A DNA stretch of 38,963 nt, taken from positions 1-38,963 of the forward strand of contig CAZAYQ010000001.1 of assembly GCA_964489345.1 (NCBI GenBank), in the 5' to 3' direction. Position numbers and translations under genes: made by a program. The notes under the pieces are model-generated. The model searched no databases. It saw nothing but the letters and a program-made list of their open reading frames with translations, and had not been told where the DNA came from. This document shows, one piece after another, positions 27,532 through 37,115 of the stretch. The stretch is from an uncultured Clostridia bacterium (lineage in GTDB: Bacteria; Bacillota; Clostridia; Tissierellales; Sedimentibacteraceae). Position 1 is the first letter of the stretch; each line of letters starts with the position of its first letter.

Positions 27532-28866
27532 TTGGACTACATAAATCCACTGGGCTCAGAAAAAATATCTAAGCTTTTATTAAAGTTTTCTCTACCTGCT
27601 GTCGCAGGTATGATGGTAAATGCATTATACAATATTGTTGACAGAATATATATCGGGAACAGTCCCGATATGGGCACTGACGGAATTGCAGGAATTACAG
27701 TGGGATTTCCCATCATGATAATATTTTTGGCATTAGGAGTTTTATTTGGAGTTGGGGGTGCCACGAATTTTTCAATAAATTTAGGGAGAAAAAAGTATCC
27801 GGAAGCTGAAGGCTTTTTAGGTAATACCTTTTCGTTACTTATTTTAGCGGGTGTTTTCTTTTCTGTATTAGTGAGTATAAACCTGAAAACTATACTAATT
27901 TTATTTGGAGCCAGCGAAGCAATCCTTCCTTATGCAATGGAATATATGAGAATAATTACATTAGGAGCACCCTTTAACATAGTCAGCATTGGAATGAACC
28001 ACTTTATACGTGCAGACGGAAATCCGAAATTAGCCATGTACACTATGTTTTTAGGGGCAGGAACAAATATTGTTTTAGACCCAATATTTATTTATGGTTT
28101 TAAAATGGGAATGGCAGGAGCGGCTTTAGCAACTATTATTTCGCAGTTTCTTTCATTCTTATGGGTTACTTCATATTTTACAGGAAAACAAAGCAGAAAC
28201 AAATTAAAGTTTAAATATTTAAATATTAAATTAAATATAGCTACCAAAATTGCCAGCTTAGGTCTTCCCAGCTTTTCTCTTCAATTGGCAACAAGTGCAT
28301 TAAATGCAGTACTGAATAGGAATTTAGTTTTTTACGGCGGTGACATTGCCGTTTCCGGCATGGGAGTCATCAACAGTATACAAACGCTGCTGATTATGCC
28401 TATTATAGGATTGAACCAAGGCGTCCAGCCGATTATCAGCTTTAATTTCGGTGCCAAAAATTTTGACAGAGTCAAGGATGCTGCAAAATTAGCCATTAAA
28501 ATTGCAACAATAATCGTTTCCTTTGGGTTTATAATTACAAGATTGTTTCCTGTTCAATTAATATCATTGTTTAACAGAGACCCGGAATTAATAAAATTTG
28601 GAAGCTCGTCAATATTTGCATGGTTTCTATGTTTCCCTGTTGTAGGCTTTCAAATTGTAGGTTCAAACTTTTTTCAAGCAATAGGAAGGCCCAAATCAGC
28701 AATGCTCCTAACACTAACAAGGCAGTTGATTTTGTTAATACCTGCAATCTTAGTATTCCCAAAATTCTGGGGTGTTGAAGGAATTCTATTTGCTGCACCT
28801 TTTGCTGACTTTTTATCATTTTTATTAACAGCCACATTCTTTTATTTAGGAATAAAAAAATTATAA
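27532..28866 (+). CDS. MATE family efflux transporter (MepA-like)
   Basis: LYNIVDRIYIG, RADGNPK, NIVLDPIFI and QGVQPIISFNFGA; TTG start after GGAGG. Confidence 0.93.
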   Translation: MDYINPLGSEKISKLLLKFSLPAVAGMMVNALYNIVDRIYIGNSPDMGTDGIAGITVGFPIMIIFLALGVLFGVGGATNFSINLGRKKYPEAEGFLGNTFSLLILAGVFFSVLVSINLKTILILFGASEAILPYAMEYMRIITLGAPFNIVSIGMNHFIRADGNPKLAMYTMFLGAGTNIVLDPIFIYGFKMGMAGAALATIISQFLSFLWVTSYFTGKQSRNKLKFKYLNIKLNIATKIASLGLPSFSLQLATSALNAVLNRNLVFYGGDIAVSGMGVINSIQTLLIMPIIGLNQGVQPIISFNFGAKNFDRVKDAAKLAIKIATIIVSFGFIITRLFPVQLISLFNRDPELIKFGSSSIFAWFLCFPVVGFQIVGSNFFQAIGRPKSAMLLTLTRQLILLIPAILVFPKFWGVEGILFAAPFADFLSFLLTATFFYLGIKKL

Positions 28867-29005
28867 TAATTTATAAAAAAATAATCATGGAACCATTAAA
28901 AACAGTTCCTTGATTTTATTTTCTCACATATTTAATAAAACAACTATCTATAATTGTATCCACTTTTCATGGTTGATGACGACAAAATTATTAAGGAGGC
29001 AGGAG

Positions 29006-30208
29006 ATGAGTAAATTAGTCAGAAGGTTTAAGCTTGGTAACTTGTGGGAATGTGGTAAAAATGAGAGCTGGTTCACGGATATGGCTTTAAAAGGTCTGCA
29101 TTTGCAAAGTGTCGGTAACCTTTTAGTTACCTTTGAAAAAGAGGAGCCTAAAAAAACTAAATATAGAATTGTAATATTAGAAGAAAGCCCCTCCCAAGAC
29201 CAGCTTGACCTATATAAGGAATACGGCTGGGAATTGGTTGCAAACAATCAAATATTTTATATTTTTTCTTCACCGGAAGAATTAAATGCGCCGGAGCTTC
29301 ACACTGACCCTATAGAACAAAGTTGTACACTTAAAATGCTCAACAAACAGCTTAAAAAGAATATGGTATTAATCTCCATTTTATTTCTTTCATTTTTATC
29401 TACAATATTCAATCATTTTTTTTCACAAGATGAAATCTATTTAATTTTAATAAGACAAAGATCATTTGCTTTTATAATGCTGGCAATTCCATATATGTAT
29501 GTTGTTTTTGAATCAATAAGAGGGTATTTTGTAATTAAGAAAATAAAAAATTCTTTGCTGATAGGCATTCCTATAAAGCATAATGAAAACTGGAAACTGA
29601 ATTATTTATTTTCATGTATCTTCTATGTTTATTTAATTGCAATGATTATAACATTATTATTTACTCCATATTATACATCAGTACAAAGAGGGCTGTATAA
29701 ATATATGGCTGTTGAAGATATGCCAATTATAAGTATAAATAATATTGAAACCGGTCCTGTTTATGATTATTGGCATAACGTGCGTTATGATTGGGGTTTA
29801 TTATCCCCTAAGCAATTAAGCATCAGCGAAAGCGGCTATGTGGAAAGTAAAATACAGGATGAGCCAAGCGGTGCCTATACATCAACGAGCATACATATTG
29901 ACTACTATGAATTAGCTTTTAAAGGTATGGCTGAAGGACTTTTAAATGACTTGATTAATCGATATCATCGTGAGTATAAGTACGATGATGAACTTGTTAA
30001 AATAGAAGACAGAAATTTTGACCGGCTTTATGTAGATTATGGAGAAGAAAAAAAGTTTATTATTTTTGACCGGATGTATGTAGATAAGGGTGAGGAAACA
30101 AAGTTAATCTTTGCAAGCTTTGATAAGAAGGTTATTCAAATCAGATATACAGGTAATGCAGATATTGAAAGAATTATTGCATTGATGGAAGAAAAATACG
30201 AATTATAG
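29006..30208 (+). CDS. DUF2812 domain membrane protein
   Basis: ESWFTDMALKGLHL, YKEYGWE and PELHTDP motifs. Start set at ATG 29006, downstream of AAGGAGG/AGGAG. Confidence 0.8.
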   Translation: MSKLVRRFKLGNLWECGKNESWFTDMALKGLHLQSVGNLLVTFEKEEPKKTKYRIVILEESPSQDQLDLYKEYGWELVANNQIFYIFSSPEELNAPELHTDPIEQSCTLKMLNKQLKKNMVLISILFLSFLSTIFNHFFSQDEIYLILIRQRSFAFIMLAIPYMYVVFESIRGYFVIKKIKNSLLIGIPIKHNENWKLNYLFSCIFYVYLIAMIITLLFTPYYTSVQRGLYKYMAVEDMPIISINNIETGPVYDYWHNVRYDWGLLSPKQLSISESGYVESKIQDEPSGAYTSTSIHIDYYELAFKGMAEGLLNDLINRYHREYKYDDELVKIEDRNFDRLYVDYGEEKKFIIFDRMYVDKGEETKLIFASFDKKVIQIRYTGNADIERIIALMEEKYEL

Positions 30209-30260
30209 GAAGGGAGACACCATCCCCCTTATGCATAAATGGCGCATTTCTGCGCCACTC
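30209..30260. terminator. Two hairpins between convergent DUF2812 and aminotransferase genes
   Basis: aagggag...ccccctt and tggcgca-tttc-tgcgcca stems. Confidence 0.55.
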
Positions 30261-30289
30261 GTTATTTGATTATTTATTTATACGTGTAT

Positions 30290-31474
30290 TTATTTAAGTT
30301 CTTTAATTAATTTTTCAAATACCGGCAATGCTTTTTTGCATTTTTCAGTATCAACGCAATAGGACAGTCTTAAGTGTGTATCGGTTCCAAAACCTGCTCC
30401 CGGTACTACCAGGACATCATGTGCTTTTGCTTTTTCAGAAAATTCTTGAGAATTTCCGTTTGGTGCCTCTATAAATAAATAGAATGCACCATCAGGTTTG
30501 GCAACATTATAGCCCATTTCTGTCAACCCGTCATAAAGGATGTCTCTGTTTTTCTTATAAACTTCCAGATCCGGCTCAACATCAATGCATTTTTCAATAA
30601 CAAGCTGGAAAAGAGTAGGTGCACATACATAACCAAGAGCCCGTGCAGCTCCCCCTACAGCGGCCATTAAAGTTTCCTTGTCCTCACATTTGTCATTTAC
30701 TAAAATGTAACCTATGCGTTCCCCGGGCATTGACAGTGATTTTGACCATGAATAGCATATGATTGTATTGTCATAATAATTCGGAATAAAAGCTACAGGC
30801 TCATCATTGAAAACTAATTCTCTGTATGGTTCATCAGAAATTAAATAAATTGTTTGACCTGTTTCCTCCTGCATTTTCCCCAGATAATCTGATAATTCTT
30901 TTATCTCTTCCTTGGAATAAACTACTCCTGAAGGATTGTTGGGAGTATTTATCAGGAGTGCCTTGGTATTTTTGCTTACAGCTTTTTTGATGCCTTCCAG
31001 ATTAAGTTTCATGTCATTACGGTTTGGAACTAATTTCATCCTTGCTCCCTGTCCCTCTATAAACACTTTGTATTCAGGAAAATAAGGAGCCAATACTATT
31101 ATTTCATCCTCCGGAGATGCTGTCAGTGCTCTGAAAGTAATGCATAATGAAGCAGCAGCTCCGCAAGTGATAAACAAATCATTGGATGAATACTCTCTTT
31201 CAAACCTTCTGTTTAAATTTCCGGCAATTGCCTTCCTGCAGCCGGCATGTCCCTGTGATGTGCTGTATCCGTGATAAACCATGGGGTCATTATTCTTCAC
31301 AATATCAATGATAGCTTCTTGTACTTCCTTGGGAGCCGGTACACTTGGATTTCCAAGACTGAAGTCTAAAACATTTTCCGGTCCGACAACTTCTGCCCTC
31401 TGCAAGCCGTAAGCAAATAATTCTCTTATAAGAGATCTTTGTGTGCCTAATTTAATCATTTCTTGTGATAACAT
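30290..31474 (-). CDS. Class I/II PLP-dependent (aspartate-type) aminotransferase
   Basis: DFSLGNP, NTPNNPSG, ISDEPY and SWSKSLSMPGERIG. Start set at ATG 31474 (MLSQEM) after GGAGG. Confidence 0.93.
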   Translation of the reverse strand: MLSQEMIKLGTQRSLIRELFAYGLQRAEVVGPENVLDFSLGNPSVPAPKEVQEAIIDIVKNNDPMVYHGYSTSQGHAGCRKAIAGNLNRRFEREYSSNDLFITCGAAASLCITFRALTASPEDEIIVLAPYFPEYKVFIEGQGARMKLVPNRNDMKLNLEGIKKAVSKNTKALLINTPNNPSGVVYSKEEIKELSDYLGKMQEETGQTIYLISDEPYRELVFNDEPVAFIPNYYDNTIICYSWSKSLSMPGERIGYILVNDKCEDKETLMAAVGGAARALGYVCAPTLFQLVIEKCIDVEPDLEVYKKNRDILYDGLTEMGYNVAKPDGAFYLFIEAPNGNSQEFSEKAKAHDVLVVPGAGFGTDTHLRLSYCVDTEKCKKALPVFEKLIKELK

Positions 31475-31606
31475 TTTTTCCTCCAATAATCTATAATTTT
31501 TCCCTACTGTCATTATATTAACATAGCTTTTAAGAAAAGTAAATGATAATGGGGCTTTAAGTTTCCCATTCACATTCATATTACTGCTCACTCATAGGTA
31601 ATCATT

Positions 31607-31909
31607 TCATTCTCTCGGCAAAAATAAAGTTATATTAATTGCATTCAATAAAATTGTCACTAAGAGGAGTACTGCCGACAAAAAAGAAGAATGGCCTATT
31701 GTATCCATTAACGCAGGCAAATCATAAATTTTTACTAAATAACTTTGATAGTAAAGCTGAAAGAATATAGATACAGCACAAAAACTAATACTGATAATCG
31801 AAAGGACATACCACTTATCACATTTTTTATATTTAAAAATAGTAATAAGAGGTAATATCCAAGCAATTAAGCCAAGTATTAAACTGCCTAAATTAAGAAA
31901 AATAATCAT
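31607..31909 (-). CDS. Small membrane protein, about 3 TM
   Basis: GGAGGAG RBS; LNLGSLILGLIAWILP start; hydrophobic throughout. Confidence 0.75.
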   Translation of the reverse strand: MIIFLNLGSLILGLIAWILPLITIFKYKKCDKWYVLSIISISFCAVSIFFQLYYQSYLVKIYDLPALMDTIGHSSFLSAVLLLVTILLNAINITLFLPRE

Positions 31910-31920
31910 TACACTCCTCC

Positions 31921-32166
31921 CTAGTACTTCCTTTTAATAATCAAAGAAATAATTATCAGTATTATTCCGGTTATGAATAATGAAGCATACATCAGCATCT
32001 GAAAGGGTCCTCCCCCAAAAGAGCTAAAGGGGAAGGGTCCCTTAATTATCCATATATATCTTTCGTAATCACCGTGTATAAAGCAATACAAAATTATCGG
32101 ACTAAAAGAAATTCCAATTCCTATAAATAATAATATTTTAGATAAATTAAATTTAGTTTTTTTCAT
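31921..32166 (-). CDS. Small membrane protein, 2 TM
   Basis: MKKTK start overlapping the upstream gene end; RYIWIIKGPFPFSSFGGGPFQ loop between two TM segments. Confidence 0.7.
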   Translation of the reverse strand: MKKTKFNLSKILLFIGIGISFSPIILYCFIHGDYERYIWIIKGPFPFSSFGGGPFQMLMYASLFITGIILIIISLIIKRKY

Positions 32167-32476
32167 TATTTTTGTTCCCAATGAGCGGGCTTTTTGCAGT
32201 GGTCACAACACTCTTATGTTTTTTTACTCTGATTAATTTATAATCTGCTATATAAAATATTATGTTAGATATTATAAGTATTAAAATTAAGAATAAAAAA
32301 TGAAGTATGGCACCGTGAGGGCTATAATATGTGGCTTGGTAGCCTTCTTTGTCCGGCTTCATTACAGGGGAAATCATTACTAAATATATTCTTATTATTG
32401 TATAAGAAGATAAAAAAATTAAAAATACAATATTATATAATTTAATAAATTTGTTCTCTAATATCTTTTTTAACAT
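32153..32476 (-). CDS. Small membrane protein, 2 TM
   Basis: GGAGG RBS; two hydrophobic segments; operonic position. Confidence 0.65.
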   Translation of the reverse strand: MLKKILENKFIKLYNIVFLIFLSSYTIIRIYLVMISPVMKPDKEGYQATYYSPHGAILHFLFLILILIISNIIFYIADYKLIRVKKHKSVVTTAKSPLIGNKNNEKN

Positions 32477-32517
32477 TGAATATAACCTCCATTATTAATT
32501 AGAAAATAGATAATCAT

Positions 32518-34011
32518 TTATATATCCACCTTACTTATATTTTCTGCCAATAAATTCTTATTTCTTTCTATTGATAAGTTGTAGCCTTGCCAGTTATTTT
32601 CCGCTTGAGCATAATACACGCTCATATCTTTCAGATATTTAATTGTTTTAATTCTTGTCACATACTGAACATTACTGTCAGTGAGGCGCATTATTTGCGG
32701 CAGGGCATCCGCTGACAAAGTCATTAAATAATCAATATCAATATTTTCCGCCTGAGAGCTTAAATACATATCTATATTTCTTTTTGCAATCAGCTCATCA
32801 ATTCTAACAAGGTTAAGAGTCAGATAAAATGAAAGGAAAACAGCAGCATATACAGTTAATATATTAAAGTTATGTCTGACTATATAAACTAAGGTTACCA
32901 GTAAACTTAAAGCTTCAAATACTAAAAATATATAAACCATTACTCTTAATCTTGTAAAACCGTAAGCATTGTCGTAAAGAGACATTCTGTAGCAGGAGGA
33001 TATAAGTAATACACCTGTTATTGCACATAGATAAGTAAGCATAAGCTTGGTAAACAAAGCCCACTTGTTTTTGTCTTCGTATATTTTGTCCTTTAGCAGG
33101 TATGTAGTCAATAAAATTAAAGCAATGTTTAAAAGACTTAAGAATACTAATTCAAAGAAACCCCGTCTTGCATATTCTGAATAATTAAGCCCTTCAGGAA
33201 GTGCTCCGCCGGAAAATAAGTACTTAAACTGTATCAGGATGAAAACTGTATATACAGTCAGAATCGAGCTTAACAATATATTAAAAACAATTACATCCCC
33301 TTTTATATGAGTACCCTTTGTTTTTTCACCAATCATATTAACAGCCTTCTCATCCCCTGTAATGGCAGAATATAGGTGACCAAACAAATACAATCCTGTA
33401 AATGTACCGATCATTATTTTATAAAGATTAATAAATTCAAAAAGTTTTTTAAAGCAATTATTAAATATTATAAAACTCCTGTGAAAAACCATGTCAGCCT
33501 GGGAAAGCATCGTTACAAGAAATATTACTGCAGGTATAGATATGGCAATACCTAAAACTATTCTTCCGGTAAGAATATTCTTTTCTTTATTTTTAGACCT
33601 TTCGCCTATCCACTTGAACGGGATAATTAAATTAACAACAGGTAAAAAAACATTCGCTATAGTTATTAAAAGGCTGTTTATGTTTAAACTCAGTAAATTA
33701 AGCTTATTTCCCAGAAGCAAAAACATCAGGCTGTACAAAAAGACTAAAGCAAGAAAATTTACTGGTCTAAACATGCGGTTTGCACTTATAAAATTGTTTA
33801 GAGATATTATGAATATGGGAATCAAAATAAACAATCCTTTTATATTGACTGTTTCTTGATTATTTTTTAAAATGTAATACAAAATAACAAATTGAATTAG
33901 AAAGAATATGGGTACGCTTATTCCGGGGTTATTTGCAAGAAACAAATATATGAAAGTTATAAAAGAAATAATTCCATAAGATGACAGATACGATTTAGTT
34001 TTCCCTTCCAT
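32518..34011 (-). CDS. DUF4153/DUF4173 family multi-pass membrane protein
   Basis: YSEYARRGFFEL, RMSLYDNAYGFTRLR and IDIDYLMTLSADA motifs. Start set at ATG 34011 (MEGKTK), overlapping the HTH gene end. Confidence 0.85.
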   Translation of the reverse strand: MEGKTKSYLSSYGIISFITFIYLFLANNPGISVPIFFLIQFVILYYILKNNQETVNIKGLFILIPIFIISLNNFISANRMFRPVNFLALVFLYSLMFLLLGNKLNLLSLNINSLLITIANVFLPVVNLIIPFKWIGERSKNKEKNILTGRIVLGIAISIPAVIFLVTMLSQADMVFHRSFIIFNNCFKKLFEFINLYKIMIGTFTGLYLFGHLYSAITGDEKAVNMIGEKTKGTHIKGDVIVFNILLSSILTVYTVFILIQFKYLFSGGALPEGLNYSEYARRGFFELVFLSLLNIALILLTTYLLKDKIYEDKNKWALFTKLMLTYLCAITGVLLISSCYRMSLYDNAYGFTRLRVMVYIFLVFEALSLLVTLVYIVRHNFNILTVYAAVFLSFYLTLNLVRIDELIAKRNIDMYLSSQAENIDIDYLMTLSADALPQIMRLTDSNVQYVTRIKTIKYLKDMSVYYAQAENNWQGYNLSIERNKNLLAENISKVDI

Positions 34012-34219
34012 CTTCATCCCCCGCATATTCAATAATGTCTCCGGGCTGACAATTAAGAGCCCCGCATATTTCATCCAGAGTCGAAAGGCGGATTGCTTTT
34101 GCCTTGTTGTTTTTAAGTATTGATAGATTAGCAGGAGTAATATTTATTCTTTCAGCCAGTTCCATTAGTCCTATTTTCCTTTTAGCCATCATAACATCAA
34201 GCTGTATAATTATAGCCAT
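33995..34219 (-). CDS. Cro/C1-type HTH transcriptional regulator (YozG-like)
   Basis: MAIIIQLDVMMAKRK...ANLSILKNNKAKAIRLSTL...CQPGDI; GGAGG RBS. Confidence 0.93.
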   Translation of the reverse strand: MAIIIQLDVMMAKRKIGLMELAERINITPANLSILKNNKAKAIRLSTLDEICGALNCQPGDIIEYAGDEDGREN

Positions 34220-34229
34220 ATTATCCCTC

Positions 34230-34682
34230 CTAAACCGTTAAATCATTTTCGTCTTTATAATAAATTGATTGCTTGAACAAATCCTTCAATGTTAAGCACA
34301 ACAAGCATGCAACAACAAATATAATTACTATGATAATTGTTGAAATTGTCGGCATAAAAATCATTTTAACAAAATAAATAAATGAAATAGCTAAACAGGC
34401 AAGGGCAATTTTTCTTAAGGATGATACATTTGCTTGTATAAAAGGATTGCCCTTAAGGAGAGTTTTAAATATAACTTTAAGCTGCCACAAAATATAAACA
34501 CAGGTTATGCCTGAAGCCAATAAGATAATTTTAGTAAATAAGGCCTGTTTTTCAACTATCCCGAAATAAAGAAAAAGCCAGGATGATGAAAAAGGAACCG
34601 TAATGCAGCAAATAATTGCCACAATAAACAAAATATCGATGCAAATTTTAGTCATATAATGAACAATGCTCTTCTGATACAT
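34230..34682 (-). CDS. DUF2975 domain membrane protein
   Basis: GNPFIQANV and the C-terminal KDENDLTV signature; directly upstream of the YozG-like HTH gene. Confidence 0.88.
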   Translation of the reverse strand: MYQKSIVHYMTKICIDILFIVAIICCITVPFSSSWLFLYFGIVEKQALFTKIILLASGITCVYILWQLKVIFKTLLKGNPFIQANVSSLRKIALACLAISFIYFVKMIFMPTISTIIIVIIFVVACLLCLTLKDLFKQSIYYKDENDLTV

Positions 34683-34699
34683 ATAAACCTCCTGAATGA

Positions 34700-34785
34700 T
34701 TATTGTATTTTAATTATAGCAGGAATTTTACGCATGTCAATATATATTTATTGTTTTACAATAATTATTTATTGTAAATTACTTA
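34700..34785 (-). promoter_or_regulatory. Promoter and candidate operators of the DUF2975-HTH operon
   Basis: TTGACA (34740-34735), 16 nt, TATAAT (34718-34713); palindrome TTATTG-N5-CAATAA at 34748-34764 with partial copies at 34700 and 34769. Confidence 0.65.
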
Positions 34786-34879
34786 TTTCATACCCTTGTT
34801 TTGGGATGTGTTCCAATCATTCTTGCCTGATTTTTAAAAAATTTTGTGGTGGGTAAATAAGAAAGCAGAAATAAATTTT

Positions 34880-34915
34880 AAAAAATATCAGCGCCAGGAA
34901 TTTACTTGGCGCTGT
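34880..34915 (-). terminator. Terminator of the ferritin-like gene
   Basis: cagcgcca...tggcgctg stem followed by a T tract on the minus strand. Confidence 0.75.
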
Positions 34916-34933
34916 TCTTTTAAATAACTATAT

Positions 34934-35410
34934 TTACATGTGTTTCATAAGATTTTCGAAAAATGCTGCATGAGCTTTTTCTTCATCGATTATTGCAGAC
35001 ATGATTTTTTTAGCTTCCCCGTCAGTTATGCCTTCATATAGTACGGTGTAAACATCAACTGTTCGAATTTCAGTATCATATGCATTTTTAACTGCTGTTT
35101 TTGTATCAACAAATGCATCTTTATAATCTTCATCCTTTTTAAAAACCTGGTTTTCAATCAATGAGCTCAAGTAAACAGAAACCTCATCGCTATAAAGGTA
35201 TTCAGATGAAACTTCGTCTTTAGCCTCCAATTCATCATACATTTCTTCAAATTTCTCTTTGTGTGATAATTCTTGATCAGCACAAGATAATAAAAATTCC
35301 TTTAATTCACCGGTCGTATTTTCCGCTCCATTCTTGTAGAACATATATCCTTCATTTTCCATCAATATTGCAATTTTTAACATTTCAATACCGCTAAAGC
35401 TATTTGCCAT
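34934..35410 (-). CDS. Ferritin/rubrerythrin-family di-iron protein (no rubredoxin domain)
   Basis: E..GY.FY, QELSH and EEKAH ExxH motifs. Confidence 0.85.
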   Translation of the reverse strand: MANSFSGIEMLKIAILMENEGYMFYKNGAENTTGELKEFLLSCADQELSHKEKFEEMYDELEAKDEVSSEYLYSDEVSVYLSSLIENQVFKKDEDYKDAFVDTKTAVKNAYDTEIRTVDVYTVLYEGITDGEAKKIMSAIIDEEKAHAAFFENLMKHM

Positions 35411-35507
35411 GATTTAATCCTCCTCTTATTCTAAGCCTGTTAAATAAATTATACTAGCAATTTATGTATTTTTCAACCAATTTTATATGCAATTATTTCT
35501 ATGTAAC

Positions 35508-36152
35508 TTACAGGAAACTAAGCTGCTGGTTTTTATCGAGAATTTTTTTTATAAATGATTTTCTATGTATTTGGCAAGGGCCGAATTCAAGCAAGGCATC
35601 TATGTGTTCTTTTGTGCCATAGCCTTTATTTTTGTCAAACTTGTATTCAGGATACAGCTTATGCAATTGGGCCATTTGTCGGTCCCTTGTTACTTTGGCA
35701 ATTATTGATGCTGCAGCAACTCCATGACAATTTGCATCTCCGTGAATAATATTTGACTGGGGTATGAAAATATTGAGTTTTTCGGCATCTACAACAACAT
35801 AGTCAGGAATAATTTTATTTCCTTCTTTGTCTTTTAAATTTTCAAGTGCTTGTACCATTGCAAGCTTTGTTGCATTTTTAATATTGTACTCATCAACCTC
35901 AATACAGTCTAATTCCCCTATTCCGCATGCCAAGGCTGATTCTATTATAATATCATACAAGCCTTCTCTTTTTTTCGCTGTCAGTTTTTTAGAATCATTG
36001 ACTCCGTCTATCAGCAAACCTTTAGGCATAATAAGAGCGCAGGTTACAACGCTGCCTGCCAGGCAGCCCCTCCCCACTTCATCAATGCATGCTATGTAAT
36101 TATATCCCTTGTCCCAAAGCTCTTGTTCTATTTTAAGCATATTTTTACTCAT
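35508..36152 (-). CDS. rnhB: Ribonuclease HII
   Basis: IDEVGRG, DSKKL, AAASIIAKVTRD and NKGYGT. Confidence 0.97.
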   Translation of the reverse strand: MSKNMLKIEQELWDKGYNYIACIDEVGRGCLAGSVVTCALIMPKGLLIDGVNDSKKLTAKKREGLYDIIIESALACGIGELDCIEVDEYNIKNATKLAMVQALENLKDKEGNKIIPDYVVVDAEKLNIFIPQSNIIHGDANCHGVAAASIIAKVTRDRQMAQLHKLYPEYKFDKNKGYGTKEHIDALLEFGPCQIHRKSFIKKILDKNQQLSFL

Positions 36153-36993
36153 AAGGTTTTTCCAAAGTGATATTTCCTAATTTGCCTGCTCTGAAGTCAT
36201 TAAATAACAGGTTTGCTACCTTCAGGTAGTCTATTTGAGTTTTATTTATTAAAAAGCCTTTCTTATAAGCTATATTATCTAAAATATCCAGGGGCTTTTC
36301 TCCCAACTCTATGTCGTATCTTTCAATAATAGCATTTTCTTTCCCCATCTTTTGCATTCTTTTAACAAATTTTAGTGCTATTTCTTCCAATACCATAACT
36401 TCATCTTTAATAGCCCCCGTAAAGGCAAGGTTTAAAGCACATTCTTCATCATCGAATTTTGGCCACAGTATGCCGGGGGTATCGAGCAGGTCTATATTGC
36501 CTGCAAGGTGTATCCACTGTTTGCCCCTTGTAACACCTGGCATATTCCCTGTCCTGGTGCTTTTCTTTTTTGCCAGTGAATTTATAAGTGTTGATTTCCC
36601 CACATTAGGTATACCCACAATCATCGCTTTTATTGTTTTATTTATGAATCCCTTTTTCTTGTATCTTTCAACAATTTCCTTTGTTGCTTCCGCAATTGCA
36701 TCATTAAGTCTGCCAAGCTCTCTATTGTTTGTTGAATTATAAAGTACAACTGACCAGCCTTTGCTTTTATAGTAGTCTTCCCACAGCTTATTCATGCCGG
36801 GGTCTGATAAGTCGTATTTGTTTAATACAATCAGTCTTTTTTTATCTCTGAATAATTTGTCAAAGTCGGGATTTTTGCTGCTGTAAGGAATCCTTGCATC
36901 AAGAACTTCGATTATTAAATTCACTAATTTAATATTCTCCTGCAGCAATTCCCTGGTTTTTTTCATATGGCCCGGATACCAGTTTATATTCAT
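36145..36993 (-). CDS. rbgA: Ribosome biogenesis GTPase RbgA/YlqF
   Basis: INWYPGHM, DARIP, NKYD, GIPNVGKST and DTPGILWP. Confidence 0.97.
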   Translation of the reverse strand: MNINWYPGHMKKTRELLQENIKLVNLIIEVLDARIPYSSKNPDFDKLFRDKKRLIVLNKYDLSDPGMNKLWEDYYKSKGWSVVLYNSTNNRELGRLNDAIAEATKEIVERYKKKGFINKTIKAMIVGIPNVGKSTLINSLAKKKSTRTGNMPGVTRGKQWIHLAGNIDLLDTPGILWPKFDDEECALNLAFTGAIKDEVMVLEEIALKFVKRMQKMGKENAIIERYDIELGEKPLDILDNIAYKKGFLINKTQIDYLKVANLLFNDFRAGKLGNITLEKPYE

Positions 36994-37027
36994 ATATACC
37001 TCTCATGCAGTAGCTATACAAAAGAAT

Positions 37028-37085
37028 AGGGACACACCTTTAAGCAGTGTAAGTCTATGAAGCAGACTCTTAAAGGAATGTCCCC
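37028..37085. repeat. Intergenic inverted-repeat element, copy B
   Basis: Arms agggacacacctttaag (37028-37044) and cttaaaggaatgtcccc (37069-37085) around an inner AGTCT/AGACT stem; same termini as 3843-3910. Confidence 0.8.
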
Positions 37086-37115
37086 ATTGTGTGAGGACTT
37101 TCGTCCTCAATCAAA

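Noticed and set aside
31475-31591. N-terminal extensions in the ORF track (this aminotransferase; likewise 15758, 28910, 34074 and 13006)
   Set aside because: Downstream starts have better RBSs and match family N-termini; the extensions run through promoter or terminator DNA or neighbouring genes.
34659-34856. 65-aa plus-strand ORF in the DUF2975-ferritin spacer
   Set aside because: Overlaps the DUF2975 start, promoter and operators; no RBS; composition of AT-rich regulatory DNA.
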